Source of the DNA: Balanoglossus misakiensis
Lineage: Eukaryota > Animalia > Hemichordata
DNA: 64,000 nucleotides
Assembly (NCBI GenBank): GCA_040954595.2
Contig: CM082584.2
Location: 2,201,344 to 2,265,343, forward strand
Reading direction: 5' to 3'
Shown: piece by piece, positions 24,512 through 37,100 of the stretch
How positions within the stretch are numbered: the first letter of the stretch is position 1
Layout of the letters: each line of letters begins with the position of its first letter
Program-made: the position numbers and the translations under genes
Notes under the pieces: generated by a model
Told to the model about the DNA's origin: nothing
The model's input: only the letters and a program-made list of their open reading frames with translations
The model's database searches: none

Positions 24512-25995
24512 GCTTTATCCGTGTTATTGATTCAATGATCGAATGCAAAATATTATTTATGATTGTTAGTTAGGTTTCTCTTACATTAAGCGCAACACTG
24601 TCGATTTATTACATTTAATAATTAAGATTAAGCTAAATAAAAAGGTCAGCATTTAAACCGTATTGGAATTGAATTGTAACTACATTTATTTTTGAACAAA
24701 TGTGACACAGGTGTATTAATTATCGTAGGTTTCCAATGTATAGAGGACATATTCACTATGGACCTAGGTAGTTATTATGTGCACATGCGTATATTCAACT
24801 ACTGGAGGATATCTTTTTGGACTTACTGTAATACCTGTGCTGTATTGTGTTGTGTTTGTCTGTACAATATGCCATATAAATGTGATAATTGATTGAATAT
24901 ATTTGGAATATGGATGGATATGATCGGAATTATTTGATTATGATTAGTGTTATTTTAATAAACGTACATACTTTCTTTCGCTATCACTTATAACTTCGCA
25001 TATGTGTTGTTGTTGTTTTTCCTGGAACGGAATTCGAAATACCGCCCAAGGCAGTAGTTGATGGTTGTGAGGTAATTGCAATAGTTTTGTTTGTCCCGAT
25101 CGCCATGTTCCAGTGGGGCGTACAAATTTCGGTCTGTCCTTCCTTCACATGCGGAGATGAATTTCATTCAAATCTTGCAACACAAATGTCTATAGTGCTG
25201 CATGTTTATCGTGAATGTCAGAGAACCATATGATTTGTTTACATTGCTCAAATCTGTTAAAAAGAACAATCCATCTCTCTTTGATCCTCTTGTTATACCC
25301 AGTACTCGCTAACCGAAATTTACTTTATCATCTTAATCTGTGGACGGGGCACACAGATTAAGTTGTTTGCAGGTGCTTAATTGGAAATGTGATAGCTTTT
25401 ATTTTGGATTAGCAAATAACAAGACAGGTGGGGAAAATGCAGATCGGAACTCCCCCATTTATAACTTTAATGTTTGCAGCCCCCCTGTCATATCATCCAG
25501 TCATATTTTCAACCCTTTGTACACGTTCGTACGCCGCACTGATTGGGAAGAAATGTGTTAACACACTATTTTTGGATCTGGTGGCTTTAATAGTGGAGTG
25601 ATGGAAATTATATTGGTCAATTTCAAATAACATAACATGAAACTATATTTCCCCACCCTGGTATAAAACCCTCTTCAGGTTGGGAATGGCTTGCCACATT
25701 GCCAAATTTTCTTTCTGGGACGCAGGTGAGCAGTTGAGCACTTAGATTGATGTATGTAAATTTGGCACTAAAATAACAACCGGTAATTCTTGAATTATTA
25801 AAACTGGATTATAATTACATTATGATACTTTTATTTTAATACCTATCTGAAATCACATTACAAGTATAATAAATAACTTTTGCATTACAATTTACATAAA
25901 CTGCCTACCGATCTCTACTATTGTGAATCAAGACAATGTCAATGACCCTAATACACACTTCACACTACTACACATTTTATACTGATTCAGGGATC

Positions 25996-26044
25996 CTCTG
26001 CTATCTGACATTCAACAGGCTTCTAGTCTAAAAATATTCAACCA
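25996..26044 (+). mobile_element. Short L2 ORF2 fragment
   Basis: CTCTGCTATCTGACATTCAACAGGCTTCTAGTCT nearly matches the reverse complement of ~55047-55080. Confidence 0.6.
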
Positions 26045-26422
26045 ATAGAATTTGAGCTTTCTTTTTACAGCACACTCATTATCATACCAATGGCCATCTG
26101 TGCGTCCACATTGATTAGGTATTATTGGCGGTCCAAACATATTACAGTCTCCCCCCCCCCCCCGCCTCTTCCAACTCAGTTGTAAGATTATCGACTGTGT
26201 ACATTTAAATTAACCAATGATAAAACATGTCCAATTTTGTCTCTGCCACACACTGTTGAGGAGAAATGTTTGATAGCTGATCGTTATTTTTGCCTGCACC
26301 TGTACTTTCAAACATTCTTGACTCGGACAGGACATGCGGCTGTACAACATTAAAGGGACAAAGTCTCTCTCTCGCTGCCCTTTTCTATTGATTATGTTTG
26401 ATACAAGACATGGATTACATTC

Positions 26423-26580
26423 TACATGTGGACATATAGTGAATCAACATTCGCCACACACAACTTCCATCCCACTTGTAGACACCAGAGTGAAAAATCT
26501 TGCCAAAATGAATAATTGGTGTTAATTTTTTTTTCGGCCAGATTTTTACTCTCATGTAAACAAACAGGATGGAAATTGTT
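26423..26580. mobile_element. Truncated, diverged copy of the 11651-11852 MITE
   Basis: Shares ACAACTTCCATCCCACTTGTAGA..GTGAAAAATC..AATAATTGGT and CAGGATGGAA. Confidence 0.7.
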
Positions 26581-27126
26581 TACAGTTAATTAATGGTGAC
26601 GTCAAAACATAGAGGGCGTCCATGGTAACTATACACTCTTTCCAATATTTATTGTTGGCTGGTTTTACTGTCAATCATGACAAAGTGCTCCCCAAAAAGC
26701 CTCAAGAACTGCCACTGTTTACATTATGTTCATTACTTTATTATCCCACTTTAAATAGATTGGTACATACTATAAGGCAAACATGAACATCTCATCGACG
26801 CACAATTATGGCTGTATTTTGCAAATTATTCACATTATATATTTAATGTGTGCCGCACCCATTTCATCAGCCTCCATACAAACAGTACACTGCAGCTAAC
26901 GTGGTAAGTGTCTCCAATAGAAGACAAACTGATGCAAATACAAGTTATATGACTTAATGCTGGGGATTTTAAATGATATTTGAAGTATTTTATTGTGGAA
27001 AAAAACGGGAGAAATTTGACAGCTCTGGAGGCTTCAAACGATGTGTATATAGGAAATGTTCATCATTATCGGGAACTGAATTATATTAAAATGAAAATGC
27101 TTATTGTGGATTTTCTAGCTGAGCAA

Positions 27127-27356
27127 TTTTAAACTTAGAATTAAGACCACTTATACTTAAAACCCATCTTTTTATGAAAGCATTTATACACTAATTCTTT
27201 TACACTTTTTACAACTTTTATATACCTTTTTAGCGTTTTTATGTCGATTTTTTTAGCTTGTATTTTTAGTGTACTTTTCATCATGTAGTAAAGCGCATTG
27301 AGATTTTAGTCCATTATGTAATGCGCTATATAAGAAATAATAATTATTATTATTTT
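27127..27356 (+). mobile_element. L2-type LINE 3' end remnant
   Basis: CTTAAAACCCATCTTTTT (LKTHLF), then AAAGCGCATTGAG...ATGCGCTATATAAGAAA and a (TTA)n tail. Confidence 0.6.
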
Positions 27357-27481
27357 CATTATTTAGTAAAAACAACAGAAACATAATTAACTCAGGATTT
27401 GTTTTTCCTGCTTTTGTTAAATACTTCACAGAGAGCAATATTATCTAGGCGTTTTTATTAATGGTGTAATCGACTGAGGTG

Positions 27482-27586
27482 AAATTTCCGACTTTTCGAG
27501 TACACATCGTGATGGCGAAGGGTTCAGGAAGGCTAACCTTTTACCTGAAGGTGTCAACTGATGTTGGTTCGAGACCATTTTTTTTT
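27482..27586 (+). ncRNA. Candidate RNA polymerase III small RNA gene, copy 1 (family unassigned)
   Basis: A-box-like TGGCGAAGGG, B-box GGTTCGAGACC, T9 run and internal stems. Duplicated at 28008-28112. Confidence 0.35.
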
Positions 27587-28007
27587 CTATTTTTTTTTTT
27601 TGAGAACTTTAAACGACATTACCATTGTAATTTTTATCATTTTCATAAATCCAATTCATTTCAATATCTACGCTGCGTGTTTTATCTGTCGGGTATAAGA
27701 AACATGCAGGGAAACTTGGTCATTTTTTGTCGCGGTTCACTTGGGCATGTCTGAATACGGAGTGCTCAGCAGAGAGAAAGATAAACTAGCTAAAACCGTG
27801 TCTTTCCGTCCGCATGACCAACCAAGGAGCGAAAACGTCGTTATTTAGGCCGTAATAAAACGTTTTTGTCCCCGAGGAGTGAATAAAGAACGGTCAGACC
27901 GTTGCGGGGTAGGGAACTCTTCTTCGCACCGCTGCGGTGCAGGGAACTCGTATTGCCCGCTGCAGTGCAAATAAGATCATTGGAGTTATGCTGCAATATA
28001 GTGCGGA

Positions 28008-28112
28008 AAATTTCCGACTTTTTCGAGTACACATCGTGATGGCGAATGGTTCAGGAAGGCTAGCCTTTTACCTGAAGGTGTCAACTGATGTCCGTTCGTG
28101 ACCACTTTTTTT
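28008..28112 (+). ncRNA. Candidate RNA polymerase III small RNA gene, copy 2
   Basis: TGGCGAATGG, CGTTCGTGACC and a T7 run, at which the Helentron array begins. Confidence 0.35.
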
Positions 28113-31100
28113 GGGGGGCACAAGCGCCCTCAGGCGGCTTGTGCCCCCATTGGTATTGTTGGAATTTTTCTTTATTAGGGCCCAAGCGCACAGCAGCGCT
28201 TGGGCCCTATTGGTTTCGTCTGGGTTTTTTAGGGCCCAAGCCAAGCCAGGCTTGGGCCCTATTGGTTTCGTTGGTATTTTTCAGTCTTTCTTTCTTTCTT
28301 TCTTTATTCTTATGTCAATTCTTTGTCGCTCTAGATCTCAGACACCACTGCAGGTACAGTTTTCAAACTTGCTACAGTGGTCAAGGTCAATGAGTAGTCG
28401 TGCATTGAACCCATGAATTTTTAATTAGTCACGTGACCTGGCGGCCATATTGGATTTTCTGAAAAAATGCAAATCTCAGATCTCAGAAACTACAAGTCAG
28501 ATCGACTTCAAATTTAGCGTGCAGGTAGACTACCTTCTGTCAATCATTTTTGTAATTGGAAATTATGCTGACAAAGTTGCAGTTTTTTTGCTACAATTTT
28601 TTTTCTGAAATCTGGCTTAAATTTCAAAAATCTTCTTCTCCAGAACCGGTGATAACCGAGACACGGGGTTTAGGGTATGTGGTCACCTAACTGATGTCTA
28701 TCAAGTTTGCGAAGATCATTGTGATTGGTCGAAGATTACGGCGGCCATATTGGATTTTCGAAAAACCCTAGTAAAATTTCAAAAATCTTCTTCTCAAGAA
28801 CCGGCGATAACCGAGTCACAAGATTTGGTGTGTGTGGTCATTAAACAGATGTCTAACAAGTTTGCGAAGGGGAATGTGATTGGTCGAAGATTATGGCGGC
28901 CATATTGGATTTTGTGAAAAACGATTAAAAAAAAAATTCCCTTTCTAGCCTAAAAATTGATAGCACAGAAATTCTTTTTATGGATATGAATCATCATATG
29001 CCAAGAATAAGCTATAAATATTTTGGTAATTTTGGCAATGACCTTTGACCTACTTTTGACGCATCATTTTTCTGCATATCTAATTCCAGGCTAACCAATA
29101 GGGCTATAAGTTTGGTTTTTGATGTATGTGGATTTGTATGTGATCAAAAAATGTTGCTACTTTTCATGACCCCTTTGACCTCTGCTGACCTCATTAAATA
29201 TGCACATACCTAATTACAGGTGAACCAATAGACCTAGAGGTTTTGTTTTTGTTATACATGGACCAGTATGGGGTGAAACTATTTTGCCCAAATGTTGGGT
29301 GACCTCGGGTGACCTTTGACCTACTTTTGCATATCTTGACATCCACAGCAGATACAGCCTTGGCGTTTGGAGGTATGGGGCCATAATGAAAAGCCAAAGT
29401 TTTGGGTCACCTGTGACACCTGCTTACTCATTATTTATGTGTATACCTAATTCTGGGCTAACCAAAAGGGCTAGATATCTGGTTTTTGTTGGACATGGGT
29501 GACCTTTGACCTACTTAACACATTATCAACACCAAGCATAGATATAACCTTGATATTTTATGGGGTAAAACACAGCATTATGTTTCTACTCATTAATTAT
29601 GTGCATATCTAATAATCAGATCAGATAATAGAGCTTGGGCCCGGACAATGCTGCTTGCAGCTTTAATCTGTCTTTCTTTCTTTATTCTTGGTTCCATTCT
29701 TTGGCCAACGAGATCTCAGACACCGCTGCAGGTACACTTCTCAAACTTGCTACAGTGGTCAAGGTCAATGAGTAGATGTGCAGTGACTTGTGAATACTTA
29801 ATTAGTCACGTGACCTGGCGGCCATATTGGATTTTCTGAAAAAATGCAAATCTCAGATCTCAGAAACTACAAGTCAGATCGACTTCAAATTTGGCATGCA
29901 GGTAGACTACCTTGTACCCATCATTTTTGTAATTGGAAATTTTGCTGTCAATGTTGCAGTTTTTTTGCTACAGTTGTTTTTCTGAAATCTGGCTTAAATT
30001 TCAAAAATCTTCTTCTCCAGAACCGGTGATAACCGAGTCACGCAGTTTGGGGTATGTGGTCACCTAATTGATGTCTATCAAGTTTGCGAAGATCATTGTG
30101 ATTGGTCGAAGATTATGGCGGCCATATTGGATTTTCGAAAAACCATAGTTAAACTCCAAAAATCTTCTTCTCCAGAACAGGCGATGACTGAGTCGCAAGA
30201 TTCGGGGAGTGTGGTCACTACACTGATGTCTATCAAGTTTGCAAAGAGCATTGTGATTGGTCGAAGATTATGGCGGCCATATTGAATTTTGTAAAAAGCA
30301 GTGAAAAATTTAAATTCCTTTTTCTAGTCTAAAAATTGATAGCATACAAATTCTTTTTATGGATATCAATCGTCATATGACTACAATATGTTACAAATTT
30401 TTGGCGATTTTTCACATGACCTTTGACCTACTTTTCACACATTATTATTTCAGCATATCTAATTCCAGGCTAACCTATAGGGCTAGACTTTTGGTTTTTG
30501 ATGCATGTGGATTAGTGTGTGATCAAAATATTTTGCTACTTTTCAAGACCCCTTTGACCTATACTGACCTCATTAATTATGTGCATAGCTAATTACAGGC
30601 GAACCAAGAGAGCTAGAGGTTTTGTTTTTGTTGGACATGGACCAGTATGGGATCAAAATTTTTTGCCCAAATTTGGGGTGACCTCTGGTGACCTTTGACC
30701 TACTTTCGCATATCTAAGCATCCAGAGCAGATACAGCCATGGCATTTGGCAGGGTGGGACCAAAATGTAAAGCCACATTTTTGGGTCACCTGTGACACCT
30801 GCTGACCTCATTAAATATGCACATACCTAATTATAGGCGAACCAATAGAGCTAGAGTTTTGGTTTTTGTTTGACATGGACCAGTATGGGTAAAAAAAAAT
30901 TGCCCAAATGTTGGGTGACCTCAGGTGACCTTTGACCTACTTCACCCTATTTCAGCAGCAAAAATACACATGTCCTTGTTATGTCATGAGATAATACACC
31001 CGATAGAAAATTCTGTTTCTTCTCATTCATACTGTGCATATATAATTCGAGATCAGCGCTTGGGCCCGACAATGCTGCTTGCAGCTTTAATTTAGGGCCC

Positions 31101-34100
31101 AAGCCAAGCCAGGCTTGGGCCCTATTGGTTTCGTTGGTATTTTTCAGTCTTTCTTTCTTTAGGGCCCAAGCGCATACCAGCGCTTGGGCCCTATTGGTTT
31201 CGTTGGGGTTTTTCTTTCTTCTTTCTTTCTTTCTTTATTCTTGTGTCAATTCTTTGTCGCTCTAGATCTCAGACACCGCTGCAGGTACACTTCTGAAACT
31301 TGCTACAGTGGTCAAGGTCAATGAGTAGTCGTGCATTGAACCTGTGAATTTTTAATTAGTCACGTGACCTGGCGGCCATATTGGATTTTCTGAAAAAATG
31401 CAAATCTCAGATCTCAGAAACTACAAGTCAGATCGACTTCAAATTTGGTGTGCAGGTAGTCTACCTTCTACCCATCATTTTTGTAATTGGATATTTTGCT
31501 GTAAATGTTGCAGTTTTTTTGCTACAATTTTTTTTCTGAAATCTGGCTTTAATTTCAAAAATCTTCTTCTCCAGAACCGGTGATAACTGAGTCACGCGGT
31601 TTGGGGTATGTGGTCACCTAACAGATGTCTATCAAGTTTGCGAAGATCATTGTGATTGGTCGAAGATTATGGCGGCCATATTGGATTTTCGAAAAACCAT
31701 AGTAAAACTTCAAAAATCTTCTTCTCAAGAACGGGCGATAACCGAGTCACAAGATTTGGTGTGTGTGGTCATTGAACAGGTGTCTATCAAGTTTGCGAAG
31801 GGGAATGTGATTGGTCGAAGATTATGGCGGCCATATTGGATTTTGTGAAAAACGATTAAAAAGTAAAAATTCCTTTTCTAGCCTAAAAATTGATAGCACA
31901 GAAATTCTTTTTATGGATATGAATCATCATATGACAAGAATAAGCTATAAATATTTTGGTAATTTTGGCAATGACCTTTGACCTACTTTTGACGCATCAT
32001 TTTTCTGCATATCTAATTCCAGGCTTACCAATAGGGCTATAAGTTTGGTTTTTGATGTATGTGGATTTGTATGTGATCAAAAAATGTTGCTACTTTTCAT
32101 GACCCCTTTGACCTCTGGTGACCTCATTAAATATGCGCATACCTAATTAATGATGAACCAATAGACCTAGAGGTTTTGCTTTTGTTATACATGGACCAGT
32201 ATGGGGTCAAAATATTTTGCCCAAATGTTGGGTGACCTCGGGTGACCTTTGACCTACTTTTGCATATCTCGACATCCACAGCAGATACAACCTTGGCGTT
32301 TGGAGGTATGGGGCCATAATGAAAAGCCAAAGTTTTGGGTCACCTGTGACACCTGCTTAACTCATTATTTATGTGCATACCTAATTCCGGGCTAACCAAA
32401 ACGGCTAGAGGTCTGGTTTTTGTTGGACATGGACCACTATGGGTCAAAATTTTCTGCCCAAATTTTGGGTGACCACAGATGACCTTTGACCTACTTAACA
32501 CTATATCAGCACCAAACATAGATATAACCATGATATTTCATGGGATAAAACACAGCATTATATTTCTACTCATTAATTATGTGCATATCTAATAATCTGA
32601 TCAGATAATAGAGCTTGGGCCCGGACAATGCTGCTTGCAGCTTTAATCTTTCTTTCTTTCTTTCTTTCTTTATTCTTCTGTCATTTCTTTGTCGCTCTAG
32701 ATCTCAGACACCACTGCAGGTACAGTTCTCAAACTTGCTACAGTGGTCAAGGTCAATGAGTAGTCGTGCATTGAACCCATGAATTTTTAATTAGTCACAT
32801 GACCTGGCGGCCATCTTGGATTATCTGAAAAAATGCAAATCTCAGATCTCAGAAACTACAAGTCAGATCGACTTCAAATTTGGCGTGCAGGTAGACTACC
32901 TTCTGTCAAACATTTTTGTAATTGGAAATTATGCTGTCAATGTTGCAGTTTTTTTGCTACAATTTTTTTTCTGAAATCTGGCTTAAATTTCAAAAATCTT
33001 CTTCTCCAGAACCGGTGATAACCGAGACACGGGGTTTAGGGTATGTGGTCACCTAACTGATGTCTATCAAGTTTGCGAAGATCATTGTGATTGGTCGAAG
33101 ATTATGGCGGCCATATTGGATTTTCGAAAAACCCTAGTAAAATTTCAAAAATCTTCTTCTCGAGAACCGGCGATAACCGAACCACAAGATTTTGTGTGTG
33201 TGGTCATTCAACAGATGTCTATCAAGTTTGCGAAGAGGAATGTGATTGGTCGAAGATTATGGCGGCCATATTGGATTTTGTGAAAAACGATTAAAAAGTA
33301 AAAATTTCCTTTCTAGCCTAAAAATTGATAGCACAGAAATTCCTTTCATGGATATGAATCATCATATAACAAGAATAAGCTATAAATATTTTGGTAATTT
33401 TGGCAATGACCTTTGACCTACTTTTGACGCATCAATTTTCTGCATATCTAATTCCAGGCTAACCAATAGGGCTATAAGATTGGTTTTTGATGTATGTGGA
33501 TTTGTATATGATCAAAAAATTTTGCTACTTTTCATGACCCCTTTGACCTCTGCTGACCTCATTAAATATGCGCATACCTAATTACAGATGAACCAATAGA
33601 CCTAGAGGTTTGGTCTTTTTTGGACATTGATCAGTATGGGGTCAAAATAATTTGCCCAAATTTTGGGTGACCTCAGGTGACCTTTGACCTACTTTCGCAT
33701 TTCTCGGTATCCAAAGCAGATACAGCCTTGGCGTTTTGAGGTATGGGGCCATAATGAAAAGCCAAATTTTTGGGTCACCAGTGACACCTGCTGACCTCAT
33801 TAAATATGCACATACCTAATTACACGCAAACCAATAGAGCTAGAGTTTTGGTTTTTGTTGGACATGGACCACTATGGGTCAAAATTTTCTGCCCAAATTG
33901 TGGGTGACCTCTGGGTGACCTTTGACCTGCTTAACACTATATCAACACCAAACATAGATATAACCTTGATATTTCATGGGATAAAACACAGCATTATGTT
34001 TCTACTCATTAATTATGTGCATATCTAATAATCAGATCAGATAATAGAGCTTGGGCCCGGACAATGCTGCTTGCAGCTTTAATCTTTCTTCTTTCTTTCT

Positions 34101-37100
34101 TTATTCTTGTGTCAATTCTTTGTCGCTCTAGATCTCAGACACCGCTGCAGGTACACTTCTGAAACTTGCTACAGTGGTCAAGGTCAATGAGTAGTCGTGC
34201 ATTGAACCTGTGAATTTTTAATTAGTCACGTGACCTGGCGGCCATATTGGATTTTCTGAAAAAAATGCAAATCTCAGATCTCAGAAACTACAAGTCAGAT
34301 CGACTTCAAATTTGGTGTGCAGGTAGTCTACCTTCTACCCATCATTTTTGTAATTGGATATTTTGCTGTAAATGTTGCAGTTTTTTTGCTACAATTTTTT
34401 TTCTGAAATCTGGCTTAAATTTCAAAAATCTTCTTCTCCAGAACCGGTGATAACTGAGTCACGCGGTTTGGGGTATGTGGTCACCTAACTGATGTCTATC
34501 AAGTTTGCGAAGATCATTGTGATTGGTCGAAGATTATGGCGGCCATATTGGATTTTCGAAAAACCATAGTAAAACTTCAAAAATCTTCTTCTCAAGAACG
34601 GGCGATAACCGAGTCACAAGATTTGGTGTGTGTGGTCATTAAACAGGTGTCTATCAAGTTTGCGAAGGGGAATGTGATTGGTCGAAGATTATGGCGGCCA
34701 TATTGGATTTTGTGAAAAACGATTAAAAAGTAAAAATTCCTTTTCTAGCCTAAAAATTGATAGCACAGAAATTCTTTTTATGGATATGAATCATCATATG
34801 ACAAGAATAAGCTATATATATTTTGGTAATTTTGGCAATGACCTTTGACCTACTTTTGACGCATCATTTTTCTGCATATCTAATTCCAGGCTTACCAATA
34901 GGGCTATAAGTTTGGTTTTTGATGTATGTGGATTTGTATGTGATCAAAAAATGTTGCTACTTTTCATGACCCCTTTGACCTCTGGTGACCTCATTAAATA
35001 TGCGCATACCTAATTAATGATGAACCAATACACCTAGAGGTTTTGTTTTTGTTATACATGGACCAGTATGGGGTCAAAATATTTTGCCCAAATGTTGGGT
35101 GACCTCGGGTGACCTTTGACCTACTTTTGCATATCTCGACATCCACAGCAGATACAACCTTGGCGTTTGGAGGTATGGGGCCATAATGAAAAGCCAAAGT
35201 TTTGGGTCACCTTTGACACCTGCTTAACTCATTATTTATGTGCATACCTAATTCCGGGCTAACCAAAAGGGCTAGAGGTCTGGTTTTTGTTGGACATGGA
35301 CCACTATGGGTCACAATTTTCTGCCCAAATTGTGGGTGACCTCTGGGTGACCTTTGACCTACTTAACACTATATCAACACCAAGCATAGATATAACCTTG
35401 ATATTTCATGGGATAAAACACAGCATTATGTTTCTACTCATTAATTATGTGCATATCTAATAATCTGATCAGATAATAGAGCTTGGGCCCGGACAATGCT
35501 GCTTGCAGCTTTAATTCTTTCTTTATTCTTATGTCAATTCTTTGTCGCTCTAGATCTCAGACACCACTGCAGGTACAGTTTTCAAACTTGCTACAGTGGT
35601 CAAGGTCAATGAGTAGTCGTGCATTGAACCCATGAATTTTTAATTAGTCACGTGACCTGGCGGCCATATTGGATTTTCTGAAAAAATGCAAATCTCAGAT
35701 CTCAGAAACTACAAGTCAGATCGACTTCAAATTTGGCGTGCAGGTAGACTACCTTCTGTCAATCATTTTTGTAATTGGAAATTATGCTGACAAAGTTGCA
35801 GTTTTTTTGCTACAATTTTTTTTCTGAAATCTGGCTTAAATTTCAAAAATCTTCTTCTCCAGAACCGGTGATAACCGAGACACGGGGTTTAGGGTATGTG
35901 GTCACCTAACTGATGTCTATCAAGTTTGCGAAGATCATTGTGATTGGTCGAAGATTACGGCGGCCATATTGGATTTTCGAAAAACCCTAGTAAAATTTCA
36001 AAAATCTTCTTCTCAAGAATCGGCGATAACCGAGTCACAAGATTTGGTGTGTGTGGTCATTAAACAGATGTCTAACAAGTTTGCGAAGGGGAATGTGATT
36101 GGTCGAAGATTATGGTGGCCATATTGGATTTTGTGAAAAACGATTAAAAAGAAAAAAATTCCCTTTCTAGCCTAAAAATTGATAGCACAGAAATTCTTTT
36201 TATGGATATGAATCATCATATGCCAAGAATAAGCTATAAATATTTTGGTAATTTTGGCAATGACCTTTGACCTACTTTTGACGCATCATTTTTCTGCATA
36301 TCTAATTCCAGGCTAACCAATAGGGCTATAAGTTTGGTTTTTGATGTATGTGGATTTGTATGTGATCAAAAAATGTTGCTACTTTTCATGACCCCTTTGA
36401 CCTCTGCTGACCTCATTAAATATGCACATACCTAATTACAGGTGAACCAATAGACCTAGAGGTTTTGTTTTTGTTATACATGGACCAGTATGGGGTGAAA
36501 CTATTTTGCCCAAATGTTGGGTGACCTCGGGTGACCTTTGACCTACTTTTGCATATCTTGACATCCACAGCAGATACAGCCTTGGCGTTTGGAGGTATGG
36601 GGCCATAATGAAAAGCCAAAGTTTTGGGTCACCTGTGACACCTGCTTACTCATTATTTATGTGTATACCTAATTCTGGGCTAACCAAAAGGGCTAGATAT
36701 CTGGTTTTTGTTGGACATGGACTACTATGGGTCACAATTTTCTGCCCAAATTGTGGGTGACCTCTGGGTGACCTTTGACCTACTTAACACTTTATCAACA
36801 CCAAGCATAGATATAACCTTGATATTTTATGGGGTAAAACACAGCATTATGTTTCTACTCTTTAATTATGTGCATATCTAATAATCAGATCAGATAATAG
36901 AGCTTGGGCCCGGACAATGCTGCTTGCAGCTTTAATTAGGGCCCAAGCCCAGCAGGCTTGGGCCCTATTGGTATTACTGGGGTTTTTCTTCTACTTCTTC
37001 TTCTTTTTCTTCTTCTGTCGTTTTCTTTGGCGAGGTAGATCTGGAAAACTGCTAAACCTAACAATTTCAAACTTGGCACAATGGTGCAGGCCAATGAGAG

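Noticed and set aside
27500-27580. tRNA gene, SECIS element or hammerhead ribozyme
   Set aside because: No cloverleaf or acceptor stem after the B box, no convincing SECIS geometry, and no CUGAUGA/GAAA core.
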